A DNA stretch of 64,000 nt from IMG/VR virus record IMGVR_UViG_3300042885_001472; one strand, given 5' to 3'. A program made the position numbers and the translations under genes. This stretch comes from a virus. Its lineage: Duplodnaviria > Caudoviricetes. The notes below the pieces were generated by a model. The model saw nothing but the letters and a program-made list of their open reading frames with translations, was not told the origin of the DNA and made no database searches. Positions 44,426 to 53,183 of the stretch are shown piece by piece. Positions within the stretch are counted from its first letter, which is position 1. The number at the start of each line of letters is the position of its first letter.

Positions 44426-44680
44426 ATGGAAACTACTAAAACATATACAAAAAACGAAAATGGGTTCTACACTAATTACACTACAGAAGATGTGGTTAGA
44501 GAAATGAATGAACTTAAAGATAGTAATACTTGTCCTATGACTAACCCAGAATTTTATGAGTTATGGAAATGGGATAACCCAACTAAAGTTGATGATGAAG
44601 AAACTAAAAGACTTAAGAGAGAAAGATATTTAAAAGTTAGGGAACAAGTTAGAAATAATTTGTATAAACATAGAAGATAA
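44426..44680 (+). CDS. Hypothetical protein
   Basis: TACATTTG promoter at 44385 and a terminator downstream. Confidence 0.7.
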   Translation: METTKTYTKNENGFYTNYTTEDVVREMNELKDSNTCPMTNPEFYELWKWDNPTKVDDEETKRLKRERYLKVREQVRNNLYKHRR

Positions 44681-44683
44681 TAA

Positions 44684-44711
44684 AAAAGACCATAGTATGG
44701 TCTTTTTTTTT
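44684..44711. terminator. Bidirectional terminator
   Basis: AAAAAGACCAT-AGT-ATGGTCTTTTTTTTT. Confidence 0.8.
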
Positions 44712-44730
44712 ATACCTAATATTTATAATT

Positions 44731-45408
44731 ATGAAATATTTAATAAAAAAAATACTAAACGAAATTGTATTCAATCCTGATAGAGAAAAATTTAAATGGA
44801 GAGATATTGGTTCATTAAATGTTAATGGTAAAAAAATACATACTAGTACTTTTAGGACTCCAACTTATAAATATATAGTAAACGCTGAGGAATATCCAAA
44901 TCATTTTTATTTAATTTCATTTTATCCTTCACTAAATACTGATTTTTTTGTGAAACAATTTTTGAAACAAGAAAGGGGTCGTACTTATTATGATAAGTAT
45001 AGTTATAGAACAAATGAAAAAGTTATATCACCAGAAGATCAGGTGAGATTATCTAAAATGGGTGGTAAAGAAAGAAGGGAAGAACTTAATAAATTACCTT
45101 CAATGGCCTATAAAGTTTTTGCCTTAATAATGGAATATATGGATGAAATATTAAAAAAAGATCCATTAGCTTCATTCGGATATTTTGGTGCTGCGGATTC
45201 AAAAGGATCTGAAAATCCTGATGATGATATAATTGACACTAAAAGATTTAGAGTTTATAGATTAATGTTAGATGATCGTTTTAAAAATACACATACACCA
45301 TACCATAAAGAATCATTTAGTGGATCACTATATATTAATAATGAAGCTGAGAATAATTTCCCTAATATTATTGAGTTTGCCAATAAAATTTTACAGAGTC
45401 ACCTATAA
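44731..45408 (+). CDS. Leader-bearing hypothetical protein
   Basis: MKYLIKKILNE leader; TATTTAT 4 nt upstream. Confidence 0.75.
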   Translation: MKYLIKKILNEIVFNPDREKFKWRDIGSLNVNGKKIHTSTFRTPTYKYIVNAEEYPNHFYLISFYPSLNTDFFVKQFLKQERGRTYYDKYSYRTNEKVISPEDQVRLSKMGGKERREELNKLPSMAYKVFALIMEYMDEILKKDPLASFGYFGAADSKGSENPDDDIIDTKRFRVYRLMLDDRFKNTHTPYHKESFSGSLYINNEAENNFPNIIEFANKILQSHL

Positions 45409-45512
45409 TTTTGTTAAAATTTACTTTTTTTACCTTCACCTATTGTTTTATTGAAAATAATTAATTAACTTAGCGTTATAATTCAATTAGTAATAATTTA
45501 AAAAAACAAAAA

Positions 45513-45812
45513 ATGAAAAACAGTAAAAAAAAGGAAAACTTGAAAGACATTAAAAATGTGTCAACAAAAAATGTTAAATCAAATTTAAATGAGACTAAAA
45601 AAGTTTCAACAAAAAATGTTGTATCAAACACAACAAAAAACGTTAAATCAAATTCAGTTCCCACTTACACACCAGTAAGTAAACACATTTATAATACCGG
45701 TGTTAGTTACCGTGTACGTGTATATGTTAAAGGTAAAATGGTTTCTATCACAACTCCAACCAAAAAAGAAGCGTTTCGTGTTAGAAAAGAATTGTTAGGT
45801 TTACGAGGTTAA
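45513..45812 (+). CDS. Basic protein with K[NK]VSTKNV repeats and AP2-like DNA-binding C-terminus
   Basis: KNVSTKNVKSN / KKVSTKNVVSN / TTKNVKSN repeats; YRVRVYVKGK..T..TKKEAF..R; terminator AGGAG-N8-CTCCT at about 45838-45865. Confidence 0.65.
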   Translation: MKNSKKKENLKDIKNVSTKNVKSNLNETKKVSTKNVVSNTTKNVKSNSVPTYTPVSKHIYNTGVSYRVRVYVKGKMVSITTPTKKEAFRVRKELLGLRG

Positions 45813-45880
45813 TAAACTTCAACGAATAAAAGTGAAAAGGAGGTGTTAAAATCTCCTTTTTTTATTAAAAAAAATAAGAT

Positions 45881-46153
45881 ATGAAATATACAAAAATTAA
45901 AGAATTTTTATTATTCTTTTTAATACAATTAGTTTTATACCTTTTACTGGTAGTTAATTATAGGTGTGTTGTTAACATCAATTATGTTGGAACTACATTA
46001 ACTGACTTCATAATAGGATCATTTAATTTCTTTATAGTTAGGAAAATAGCCAAAAGTGAGGATTCATTACACCAGTGGGCTGGTTATTCAATTGGAGGAG
46101 CTATTGGGGATGTTTTGGGATTATATATATCTAAAATACTTTTAGAGGTTTAA
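45881..46153 (+). CDS. Three-TM membrane protein
   Basis: Three hydrophobic segments; IGGAIGDVLG. Confidence 0.65.
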   Translation: MKYTKIKEFLLFFLIQLVLYLLLVVNYRCVVNINYVGTTLTDFIIGSFNFFIVRKIAKSEDSLHQWAGYSIGGAIGDVLGLYISKILLEV

Positions 46154-46194
46154 ATTAAACCTAATACTTTCTATTATTTAAGATATTTATCACT

Positions 46195-46740
46195 ATGGAA
46201 CATATAATTAAAAAATTATTAGTGGAAATGATTTCAAATGAAGAATTACCATTAAATAAACTTGAAATACTTGCGTTAAAATTTTTAACAAAAACCAATT
46301 TAACTCCAAAAACAAATCAAAATATTATAATTAAAAAATTGATGTCTGAGTTAGATTTTACGCGTGAAGAAGCCGTTAAAATTTACTTTTTATTTCTGAG
46401 TAATTACCGAAAAGATTCTGATTATGAGAGTATTATTACTCCAAATAGATCTTCATTCACTAAAAGTACTAGTACATCCAATAAAAGAGGTAGAGATTTT
46501 GTGATAAATAGAATTCCGTTTACCGGTTCAAATACAATGGGAAAATATGTTGGTGGGGTTTATGTTGTAACTTCATATAATTGGTACCCAATCTTTGTTT
46601 TTAAAAATGGTCAATGGTATGAAAATGAAAGTGGTTATAGTATGAGTACTAAAAAACAAATTAGTCAATTAAGACCTAATGGTGAGAATATTATAAAATT
46701 AAAAGTGGATGAGTTGAAGGATTTGTATTCTTCTTACTAA
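46195..46740 (+). CDS. Leader-bearing hypothetical protein
   Basis: MEHIIKKLLVE leader; TATTTAT 4 nt upstream. Confidence 0.75.
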   Translation: MEHIIKKLLVEMISNEELPLNKLEILALKFLTKTNLTPKTNQNIIIKKLMSELDFTREEAVKIYFLFLSNYRKDSDYESIITPNRSSFTKSTSTSNKRGRDFVINRIPFTGSNTMGKYVGGVYVVTSYNWYPIFVFKNGQWYENESGYSMSTKKQISQLRPNGENIIKLKVDELKDLYSSY

Positions 46741-47377
46741 TTACTTTAAATGGTTGATCAGATCTGAGAGATTACTCTCATTTTCTCTCATTATTTCTTC
46801 TTCCATTTTACTAGTCACCCTTTTTAATTCCTTATATAATTTAGATACTAATATCTTACCAACAGTGTCTGGTATTATAACATCATGGATATTTTTACCA
46901 TTGATTACTAAATCAGGTGAAAAATTTTTACTGATAATCACCAATCTATATCCTTCTCTACTCTTATTAATAGTAATAAATATGGTTACATTACCATCCT
47001 CAAATTTTTTGATATAATGTTTATCATCCAGAGGACTGGTATAAAGTTTAGTGTTAGGATCTTTCAATATTTTAGAAAAAATATCTATAACTTTTTTTTG
47101 TGAGATAGTTAATTCAGTGCTATTGGAACGTTCTAACCAAAGTGCCAACTTCTTGTACTTATAAGATAAACTATTTTTTATTTTTCTTATCATTTTTTTG
47201 TATTAACTTGTTTAATTCAACTAATTTACCATGTTTTAGTAATGTGAAATATTTAGAAGATTTTGAATCTAAAAATATTATGGAATCAGTTCTTAATAAT
47301 TTATTAATATCATCATTATGATACATTTCTAAAAATACTTCTTCATCCAGATATAGTTTATTGAAAGACATATTCAA
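46741..47377 (-). CDS. Two hypothetical proteins (46741-47193, 47171-47377)
   Basis: Overlapping co-oriented ORFs. Confidence 0.65.
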
Positions 47378-47421
47378 ATATCGTTTATTTTATTCAATAA
47401 ATCAATATATAAAGGTATATT

Positions 47422-47811
47422 TTATAAAATATTTTTTAAATAATTTTCATCCACTTTACAACCTTTCTTATAATTCTCTTCCCAGGGTATAAATTGTAAG
47501 TTTTTAATATTACCCATTTTTTCCGGTGAAATTTTATTCTTCCAACCATAAGAAATCGGTATAATATGGTCTAAATGGTTTCCTCTAAAAGATCTCAATT
47601 CAAACCCCTCTAACATATGGATTGGTTGTGATTCTGTTATAAACCAAACCTTAGCGTAATATAGTTTTTTATCAACATCCTTAAGATTTTTTATCTTTTT
47701 AGTTATTTTAGGTGTCTTCTTACAAATTTCCCTAATCAACTTTAATTTTTTTAATCTATTAGAGGTAGGATTTTTTGTAACTTTTTTACGTGATGGTAGT
47801 TTTCTTAACAT
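47422..47811 (-). CDS. HNH-endonuclease-like protein
   Basis: HLDHIIPIS..NIKNLQFIPWEENYKKG. Confidence 0.75.
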   Translation of the reverse strand: MLRKLPSRKKVTKNPTSNRLKKLKLIREICKKTPKITKKIKNLKDVDKKLYYAKVWFITESQPIHMLEGFELRSFRGNHLDHIIPISYGWKNKISPEKMGNIKNLQFIPWEENYKKGCKVDENYLKNIL

Positions 47812-47831
47812 ATTGATAAGTATTTATAGAT

Positions 47832-48176
47832 ATGAATATATTAATAAATGGTAGAGAATATCCGTTAGAAGTTAAATTAACACAAAAATCTAAATCCAAG
47901 GGGATGATGGGTAGAAATAATCTAAATGGTGGAATGATATTTATATTTGATAAACCACAAACACACTCTTTCTGGATGAAAGATTGTTTAATACCCTTAG
48001 ATATCATTTTTTTAAGGGGTAATACGATTACAACCATACATCATTCATGTAAACCTTGTGATAAAGATGAATGTGAACGTTATGAAGGTATTGGTGACTC
48101 AGTATTAGAGTTTTTAGGGGGTTTTTGTAAAGATAATGAACTTAGTGTGGGTGACCATGTTGAATTTGTTCATTAA
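47832..48176 (+). CDS. DUF192 family protein
   Basis: KGMMGR..GMIFIF..SFWMKD..PLDIIF..VLEF.GG..GD.V. Confidence 0.85.
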   Translation: MNILINGREYPLEVKLTQKSKSKGMMGRNNLNGGMIFIFDKPQTHSFWMKDCLIPLDIIFLRGNTITTIHHSCKPCDKDECERYEGIGDSVLEFLGGFCKDNELSVGDHVEFVH

Positions 48177-48477
48177 TAGTTAAATTAAGTTGATTTAGTA
48201 TCTTTATCTCAATAATTCTGAGTTCTTTATTCTTTTTTTTAATTTTATTTAACACTTCAGTCACTACTTTTATTGGTACTTCATTATCACTAACCCTATA
48301 TCTAATTTCATCAATATGTTTATCATCACTTAATCTTCTCAATTCATTCACTAATGAATCATATAAATTCCATTCATCCTTACTTTCATTAAACAATGAT
48401 CTACCATAAATCATTCTTTTACGGTAATCTGTTTTCAACAAAGATTCTTTTAATATCTTTTTTAATTTTTTTCTCAT
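48142..48477 (-). CDS. Leader-bearing hypothetical protein
   Basis: MRKKLKKILKE leader; TATTTAT 5 nt upstream on minus. Confidence 0.7.
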   Translation of the reverse strand: MRKKLKKILKESLLKTDYRKRMIYGRSLFNESKDEWNLYDSLVNELRRLSDDKHIDEIRYRVSDNEVPIKVVTEVLNKIKKKNKELRIIEIKILNQLNLTINEQIQHGHPH

Positions 48478-48583
48478 TTATAATAAATATTTTATTATAT
48501 TTGTAACCACTAAATAAATTATAACTTTTTTTAGTAAAAGTAGATATTTAATAATAGGTTAAAATCATTAATAACGTTAAACT

Positions 48584-50074
48584 ATGGGTAAAGTAAAAGT
48601 TAAAATAACAGAATCTCAAATGAATTATTTATTTGAGAATAGTAGAATTGATTATTTAAAAAATCAATTTGGTGTAATAAGTAATACGGAATTTGAAGAA
48701 CTTTCAAAAGCTGAAAGAACAAAAGGAAGGGGTAGAAAACCAAAAGACGTAACACCTTCAGATGTTGAAGGTACTGAGACACCAAAAGAAAAGAATTATA
48801 CATTAACTCCAATTAAAACACCAGAAGGTGGGTTAATCGCTTTAATCTTAACGGATGAGAAGGGTAAAAGTAAAGTTAGAATTTCAGAAGAAACTTTTAA
48901 TAATATAGTTAACGCTGATCCAACAAATAATAAAATTTATGTTCAATGGTTATTAAAAATTTTAATTGAGTTCATCAAACATAAAGATTTTGAAGAAGCG
49001 GCCAGATTTGTTGATGAAGATTTACCACAATTAAGTCAAACATTAGTGGTTTTTGATGAAGTCAAAAATCTTAATAAGTTTAAAACTTACGCGGCAAATG
49101 AACCTGGATTACCTAGTAACCCTTCAAATATTTTAAGTTATACTTCAATAACACAACTTTATTTGGCTATTGAACCTTATATTGAAAAATCTGATGCTAG
49201 TGATTTAGAAAAAGCGTTAAATAAATTTATTAAATTAAAGGAAGCTAAAATTGTTTATGAAGATAGTAAATGGTTAGTTTATGAACCATTAACAAGAGAA
49301 GCTAACTGTGCTTTACCAAATCCTGGTTTAGTTAAATTTTGTACTGCTAACCCTGGAAATAGTTACTTTCAAAGATACACCTCAGAAGGTGGTAACTTAG
49401 GTCCTGGTGGAGAAAAATCAAGAATTTACGATATTATAAATAAAAAAGTGTTGACTGGTGAAAGTGGAGAAGTTTATCAATTCCATTTTGAAAGTGAACA
49501 ATGGAAGGACGCTAGTAATGGACCTAATATAAATCTTGTAAATTTTTTTAGTGCTAATCCAGGATTAGGTCAATTTTTTAGTGACATCTTAAAAGACTTA
49601 GCTAAAAGACTTAACGTTAATGACTTAGAAAGAAATAAATATTTAAGAATTTTATCACAAATTGGTGAAATTGATAATATTTTAGAATATTTTGATGTTG
49701 ATTCTGAATCAATAGATCTTAAAAGTTATAGACTTAAAAATTTATCTTCTGATATTAGTAATTTTAAAAATTTATACTCTTTATCACTTAATAATGCTGG
49801 TTTAAAATCATTCCCAAATGAGATAACTAAACTTAGTAATTTAGCGATATTATTTGCACCAAATAATAATATTAAAGAACTACCTAAAGATTTTGGGGAT
49901 TTAAAAGAGTTACACGTACTTAATCTTGAAGGTAACCCACTTAAAGAATTGCCGGAATCTATTTCTAAATTGAATGGTAATTTCTTAAAAATTAAACTTC
50001 CTAAAGAGATGTCTGAGGAGGCTAAAAGTAGAGCCACAAAATTATTATCAAAAACGACAATTACTTGGGTATAA
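48584..50074 (+). CDS. Leader-bearing protein with C-terminal leucine-rich repeats
   Basis: About four LxxLxLxxNxLxxLP repeats (LHVLNLEGNPLKELP); the N-terminal region is paralogous to 40430. Confidence 0.8.
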   Translation: MGKVKVKITESQMNYLFENSRIDYLKNQFGVISNTEFEELSKAERTKGRGRKPKDVTPSDVEGTETPKEKNYTLTPIKTPEGGLIALILTDEKGKSKVRISEETFNNIVNADPTNNKIYVQWLLKILIEFIKHKDFEEAARFVDEDLPQLSQTLVVFDEVKNLNKFKTYAANEPGLPSNPSNILSYTSITQLYLAIEPYIEKSDASDLEKALNKFIKLKEAKIVYEDSKWLVYEPLTREANCALPNPGLVKFCTANPGNSYFQRYTSEGGNLGPGGEKSRIYDIINKKVLTGESGEVYQFHFESEQWKDASNGPNINLVNFFSANPGLGQFFSDILKDLAKRLNVNDLERNKYLRILSQIGEIDNILEYFDVDSESIDLKSYRLKNLSSDISNFKNLYSLSLNNAGLKSFPNEITKLSNLAILFAPNNNIKELPKDFGDLKELHVLNLEGNPLKELPESISKLNGNFLKIKLPKEMSEEAKSRATKLLSKTTITWV

Positions 50075-50162
50075 ATAATTTTAGATAAAGATTAACTTTT
50101 CATTTATCAACCATATTTATAGTTATAATACTAGTATAACAATTTAATAAAAAAACTAAAAA

Positions 50163-50306
50163 ATGGGTAAAAAAATTAGATTAACTGAATCAGAATTAAT
50201 CAATCTTCTTGAAAGAATCGTAACAGAACATAAAAAAGAAGAAAAGATGAATAAAATTAATGAAAGTAGAAGAGAAAAACTTCAAAATCGTAGAAGATTA
50301 AAATAA
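50163..50306 (+). CDS. 47-aa basic peptide consisting mostly of the shared leader (missed by the ORF track)
   Basis: MGKKIRLTESELINLLERIVTEHKKEEKMNKINESRREKLQNRRRLK*; ATATTTAT at about 50114; terminator follows. Confidence 0.65.
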   Translation: MGKKIRLTESELINLLERIVTEHKKEEKMNKINESRREKLQNRRRLK

Positions 50307-50336
50307 AAAAAGGGGATTTAATCCCCTTTTTTTTTG
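50305..50336. terminator. Bidirectional terminator
   Basis: AAAAAAGGGGAT-TTA-ATCCCCTTTTTTTTT between convergent genes. Confidence 0.85.
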
Positions 50337-51596
50337 TTACTTACCTATTTTTATTACAATCTTATCTTTAACCTTATCAAATGTTATTTTAATAACAGTA
50401 TTTTCTTTATCTTCATTCCTTAAAATCTCTTCTGAAATAGGATCTTCAATAAACTTTTGAATAGCTCTATTTAAAGGTCTAGCCCCAAATTTCTCATCAT
50501 ATCCTTCTTTACCTAAATATTCTTTAACTGAAGAATTAATTTTTAACGTATAACCAATTTCTTTACTACGTTTTTCTAGTTTTTTAAGTTCAATTTCCAC
50601 AATTTTATGAATATCTTCTTGTCTAAGTGAATTAAAGATAATGATATCATCTAACCTATTAATAAACTCTGGCGCGAATTTCTTTTTTAACTCCTTATCA
50701 ATAATTGATTTTTTTTCTTCCTCAATAACCACACTTTTACTTTGTGTTGAGAATCCAATACCAGTACCAAAATCTTCTAAATGTCTAACACCAATATTAG
50801 ATGTCATAATGATCAAACAATTTTTAAAATTAATTTTTCTACCTAAACCATCAGTCATTTGACCATCATCTAACATTTGTAATAAAATGTTAAAGGTATC
50901 TGGATGAGCTTTTTCAATTTCATCAAAAAGGATAACACTATATGGTTTTCTTCTAACCTTTTCAGTTAATTGTCCACCATCTTCATGTCCCACATATCCC
51001 GGAGGGGCTCCGACTAATCTTGATATCGCGTGTTTCTCCATATATTCACTCATATCAATTCTAATTAAAGAATCTTCTGAATCAAACATATATTCAGCCA
51101 ATAATTTCGCTAAATAAGTGTTGTGTGATAAAATACCATTAGTATAATATCTACGATTAGAACCTTCTTTTAATTCAAGGTCATACATTACTTCTTCATA
51201 ACCTAAATTGGTTAATTGTGTAACCATTGAATTTAGAGGTTCACCATTATCATTATATTGTGTTATAATTATATCACCTAATTTTAAATCTTTAACAAAA
51301 ACTTCATCAAAATTAATTGGATTAACTTCATTGTGTTTAAACACAATATGATTATCAGCACATTTAAGCTCTTTTCCATCACTTAATTTAAGATGATATA
51401 CTTCATAGGGTATTGTTTTATGTAAAGCTTCTATGTCAACAAAACCATCATCAGTTAATACTTCGTAATCATTAATTTTGGTTGTTTTAGTAATCTTTTT
51501 TAAAGATTCTAATTCATGTTTATCAAATAATAAAACATTATCTAATTTCTCAAGTCTTTTTTGTATTTCCTCTACCCTACTCATTTTATTTTCCAT
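50337..51596 (-). CDS. clpC: ClpC part 3: IntC-2 (159 aa, 51120-51596) plus the rest of AAA+ D2 (260 aa)
   Basis: CADNH block B and YYTNGILSHN|T terminus; then YLAKLLAE, RIDMSEY, GAPPGYVG, LFDEIEKAH, GIGF (ClpP-docking loop), GARPL. Own TATATTTG promoter at 51609-51616. Confidence 0.93.
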   Translation of the reverse strand: MENKMSRVEEIQKRLEKLDNVLLFDKHELESLKKITKTTKINDYEVLTDDGFVDIEALHKTIPYEVYHLKLSDGKELKCADNHIVFKHNEVNPINFDEVFVKDLKLGDIIITQYNDNGEPLNSMVTQLTNLGYEEVMYDLELKEGSNRRYYTNGILSHNTYLAKLLAEYMFDSEDSLIRIDMSEYMEKHAISRLVGAPPGYVGHEDGGQLTEKVRRKPYSVILFDEIEKAHPDTFNILLQMLDDGQMTDGLGRKINFKNCLIIMTSNIGVRHLEDFGTGIGFSTQSKSVVIEEEKKSIIDKELKKKFAPEFINRLDDIIIFNSLRQEDIHKIVEIELKKLEKRSKEIGYTLKINSSVKEYLGKEGYDEKFGARPLNRAIQKFIEDPISEEILRNEDKENTVIKITFDKVKDKIVIKIGK

Positions 51597-51616
51597 ATTT
51601 TATTTTTACAAATATA

Positions 51617-53098
51617 CTATTTTTCATTTAGAAAAACAATGCATTTATTTATTATTTCTTGTTTATTATTTTTATAATCATATTCACTAATATGTAATAC
51701 TTGATAACCAGATTCTAATATCATTTTATCTCTTTTTTCTTCTCTTAATGAATTTTCTGGTGTTGACCTATGATAGTAAGTACCATCAAACTCAATAATT
51801 TTTCCCTTAACTAAATCAATAAAATCTGGTAATATTACACCATTTAACAATGATAATCGATATTCATTATTTTTACCACTATCATCAATGTCACCTTTAT
51901 TAAATGTCGCAAAGAATATATTATCGTTTTTAATACTTGGTTCTGTTTCTAATATACCCCAAAATAACTGTTGTGATATTTTACTAAAATTAGTTCTTTT
52001 ATAATTAGTTAACCACTTATTTTGTCTTTCATTAAATCTTTTTAATCCGTCTTTTTCACCATATTTCTGGAGACAAATTTCTAAACTAAATGTTGTTTGT
52101 CTTTCAGTTACTTTTTCTTTAGATTGTTGATACGTGAATCCTCTATTAACCCAATAACTTATATTAGATGGTAATAACCTACTTTCATAATCAATATGTT
52201 TTAAAGCATTTAATTGATTGTTTACTACCATAATTTTAGCATCTTCTTCAGAGTATCCTTTATCCACCCAAAACTTAACCTGGGATGGTGTTTGACATAT
52301 TTTATTAATCTCTTCTTCAGAATAACCCAATTTTTGTAAATTATCTTTAGAAACTACAAACCTATCTTTAACCATCATAGAATTTTTACTTTGTATTTTT
52401 GAAATATTACTTTTAGCTTCTTCTTCAGAGTAACCTTTACTAACCCAACTATCAACACATAATCTATTAGACTTGACTATAACATCACTCAATTCTTTTA
52501 GTTTAACTTCAGCTATGTCTTTAGGTAGATACGCATTATATAAATTAGATTTAGAATATCCTTTAGTTTCACAAAATTTATTTGAACACCCAGTAATTTT
52601 ATAATAAAATAAATCTGATATATTTTTTATATTCTTTTTAGTTAATATTAAGTCTTCACCACAAATATTACATTTTGGGCGTCTGTTAGATATAAATTCA
52701 CCACCTTTAAATATTATTTTAATACTTTCATTAAATTCAATTTTATTTTTTTCATTAAGTTTGGTTTTTACACCAATATTAGACCTTTCTTTAGTTATGT
52801 TTGAAATCTTGTTTTTACCATATTCTTTAGACCAACCGCGTTCTAACCAAAAATCAAGTGTTAATAGATTAGATTTTTTAAACCCAAACTTACTCGGTAA
52901 CCATCTATTAAATCTAACCCATTTTATAAGACCATCTTGTGTCAACATATCTTGATAAATTAAATTTATTTTTTCAGTTATTAATTGACTTTCAAAATTA
53001 ATTTTATTGTTAATATTGACCAAATATTCTGTGAACTCATTAGATGTTTTAAAAACTTCTTTAACTTCTTGCCTTTTTCTATCTTTTAAAAATTGCAT
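51617..53098 (-). mobile_element. Free-standing putative homing endonuclease (Vsr/DUF559-like PD-(D/E)XK) between the IntN-2 and IntC-2 genes
   Basis: C-terminal PDF..IIEFDGTYYH..RD..GYQVLHISEYD; five W..[KR]G[YWF]S.E repeats; CxxC..CxxxxC motif; GATATTTAT upstream. Confidence 0.75.
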
Positions 53099-53183
53099 AT
53101 TTATTATGTTTAATAATAAATATCACGAAGTTTTGAAAAAGACCTATTTGTTGGAAAATATTTTTAGGGTGAAGTGGGATGAG

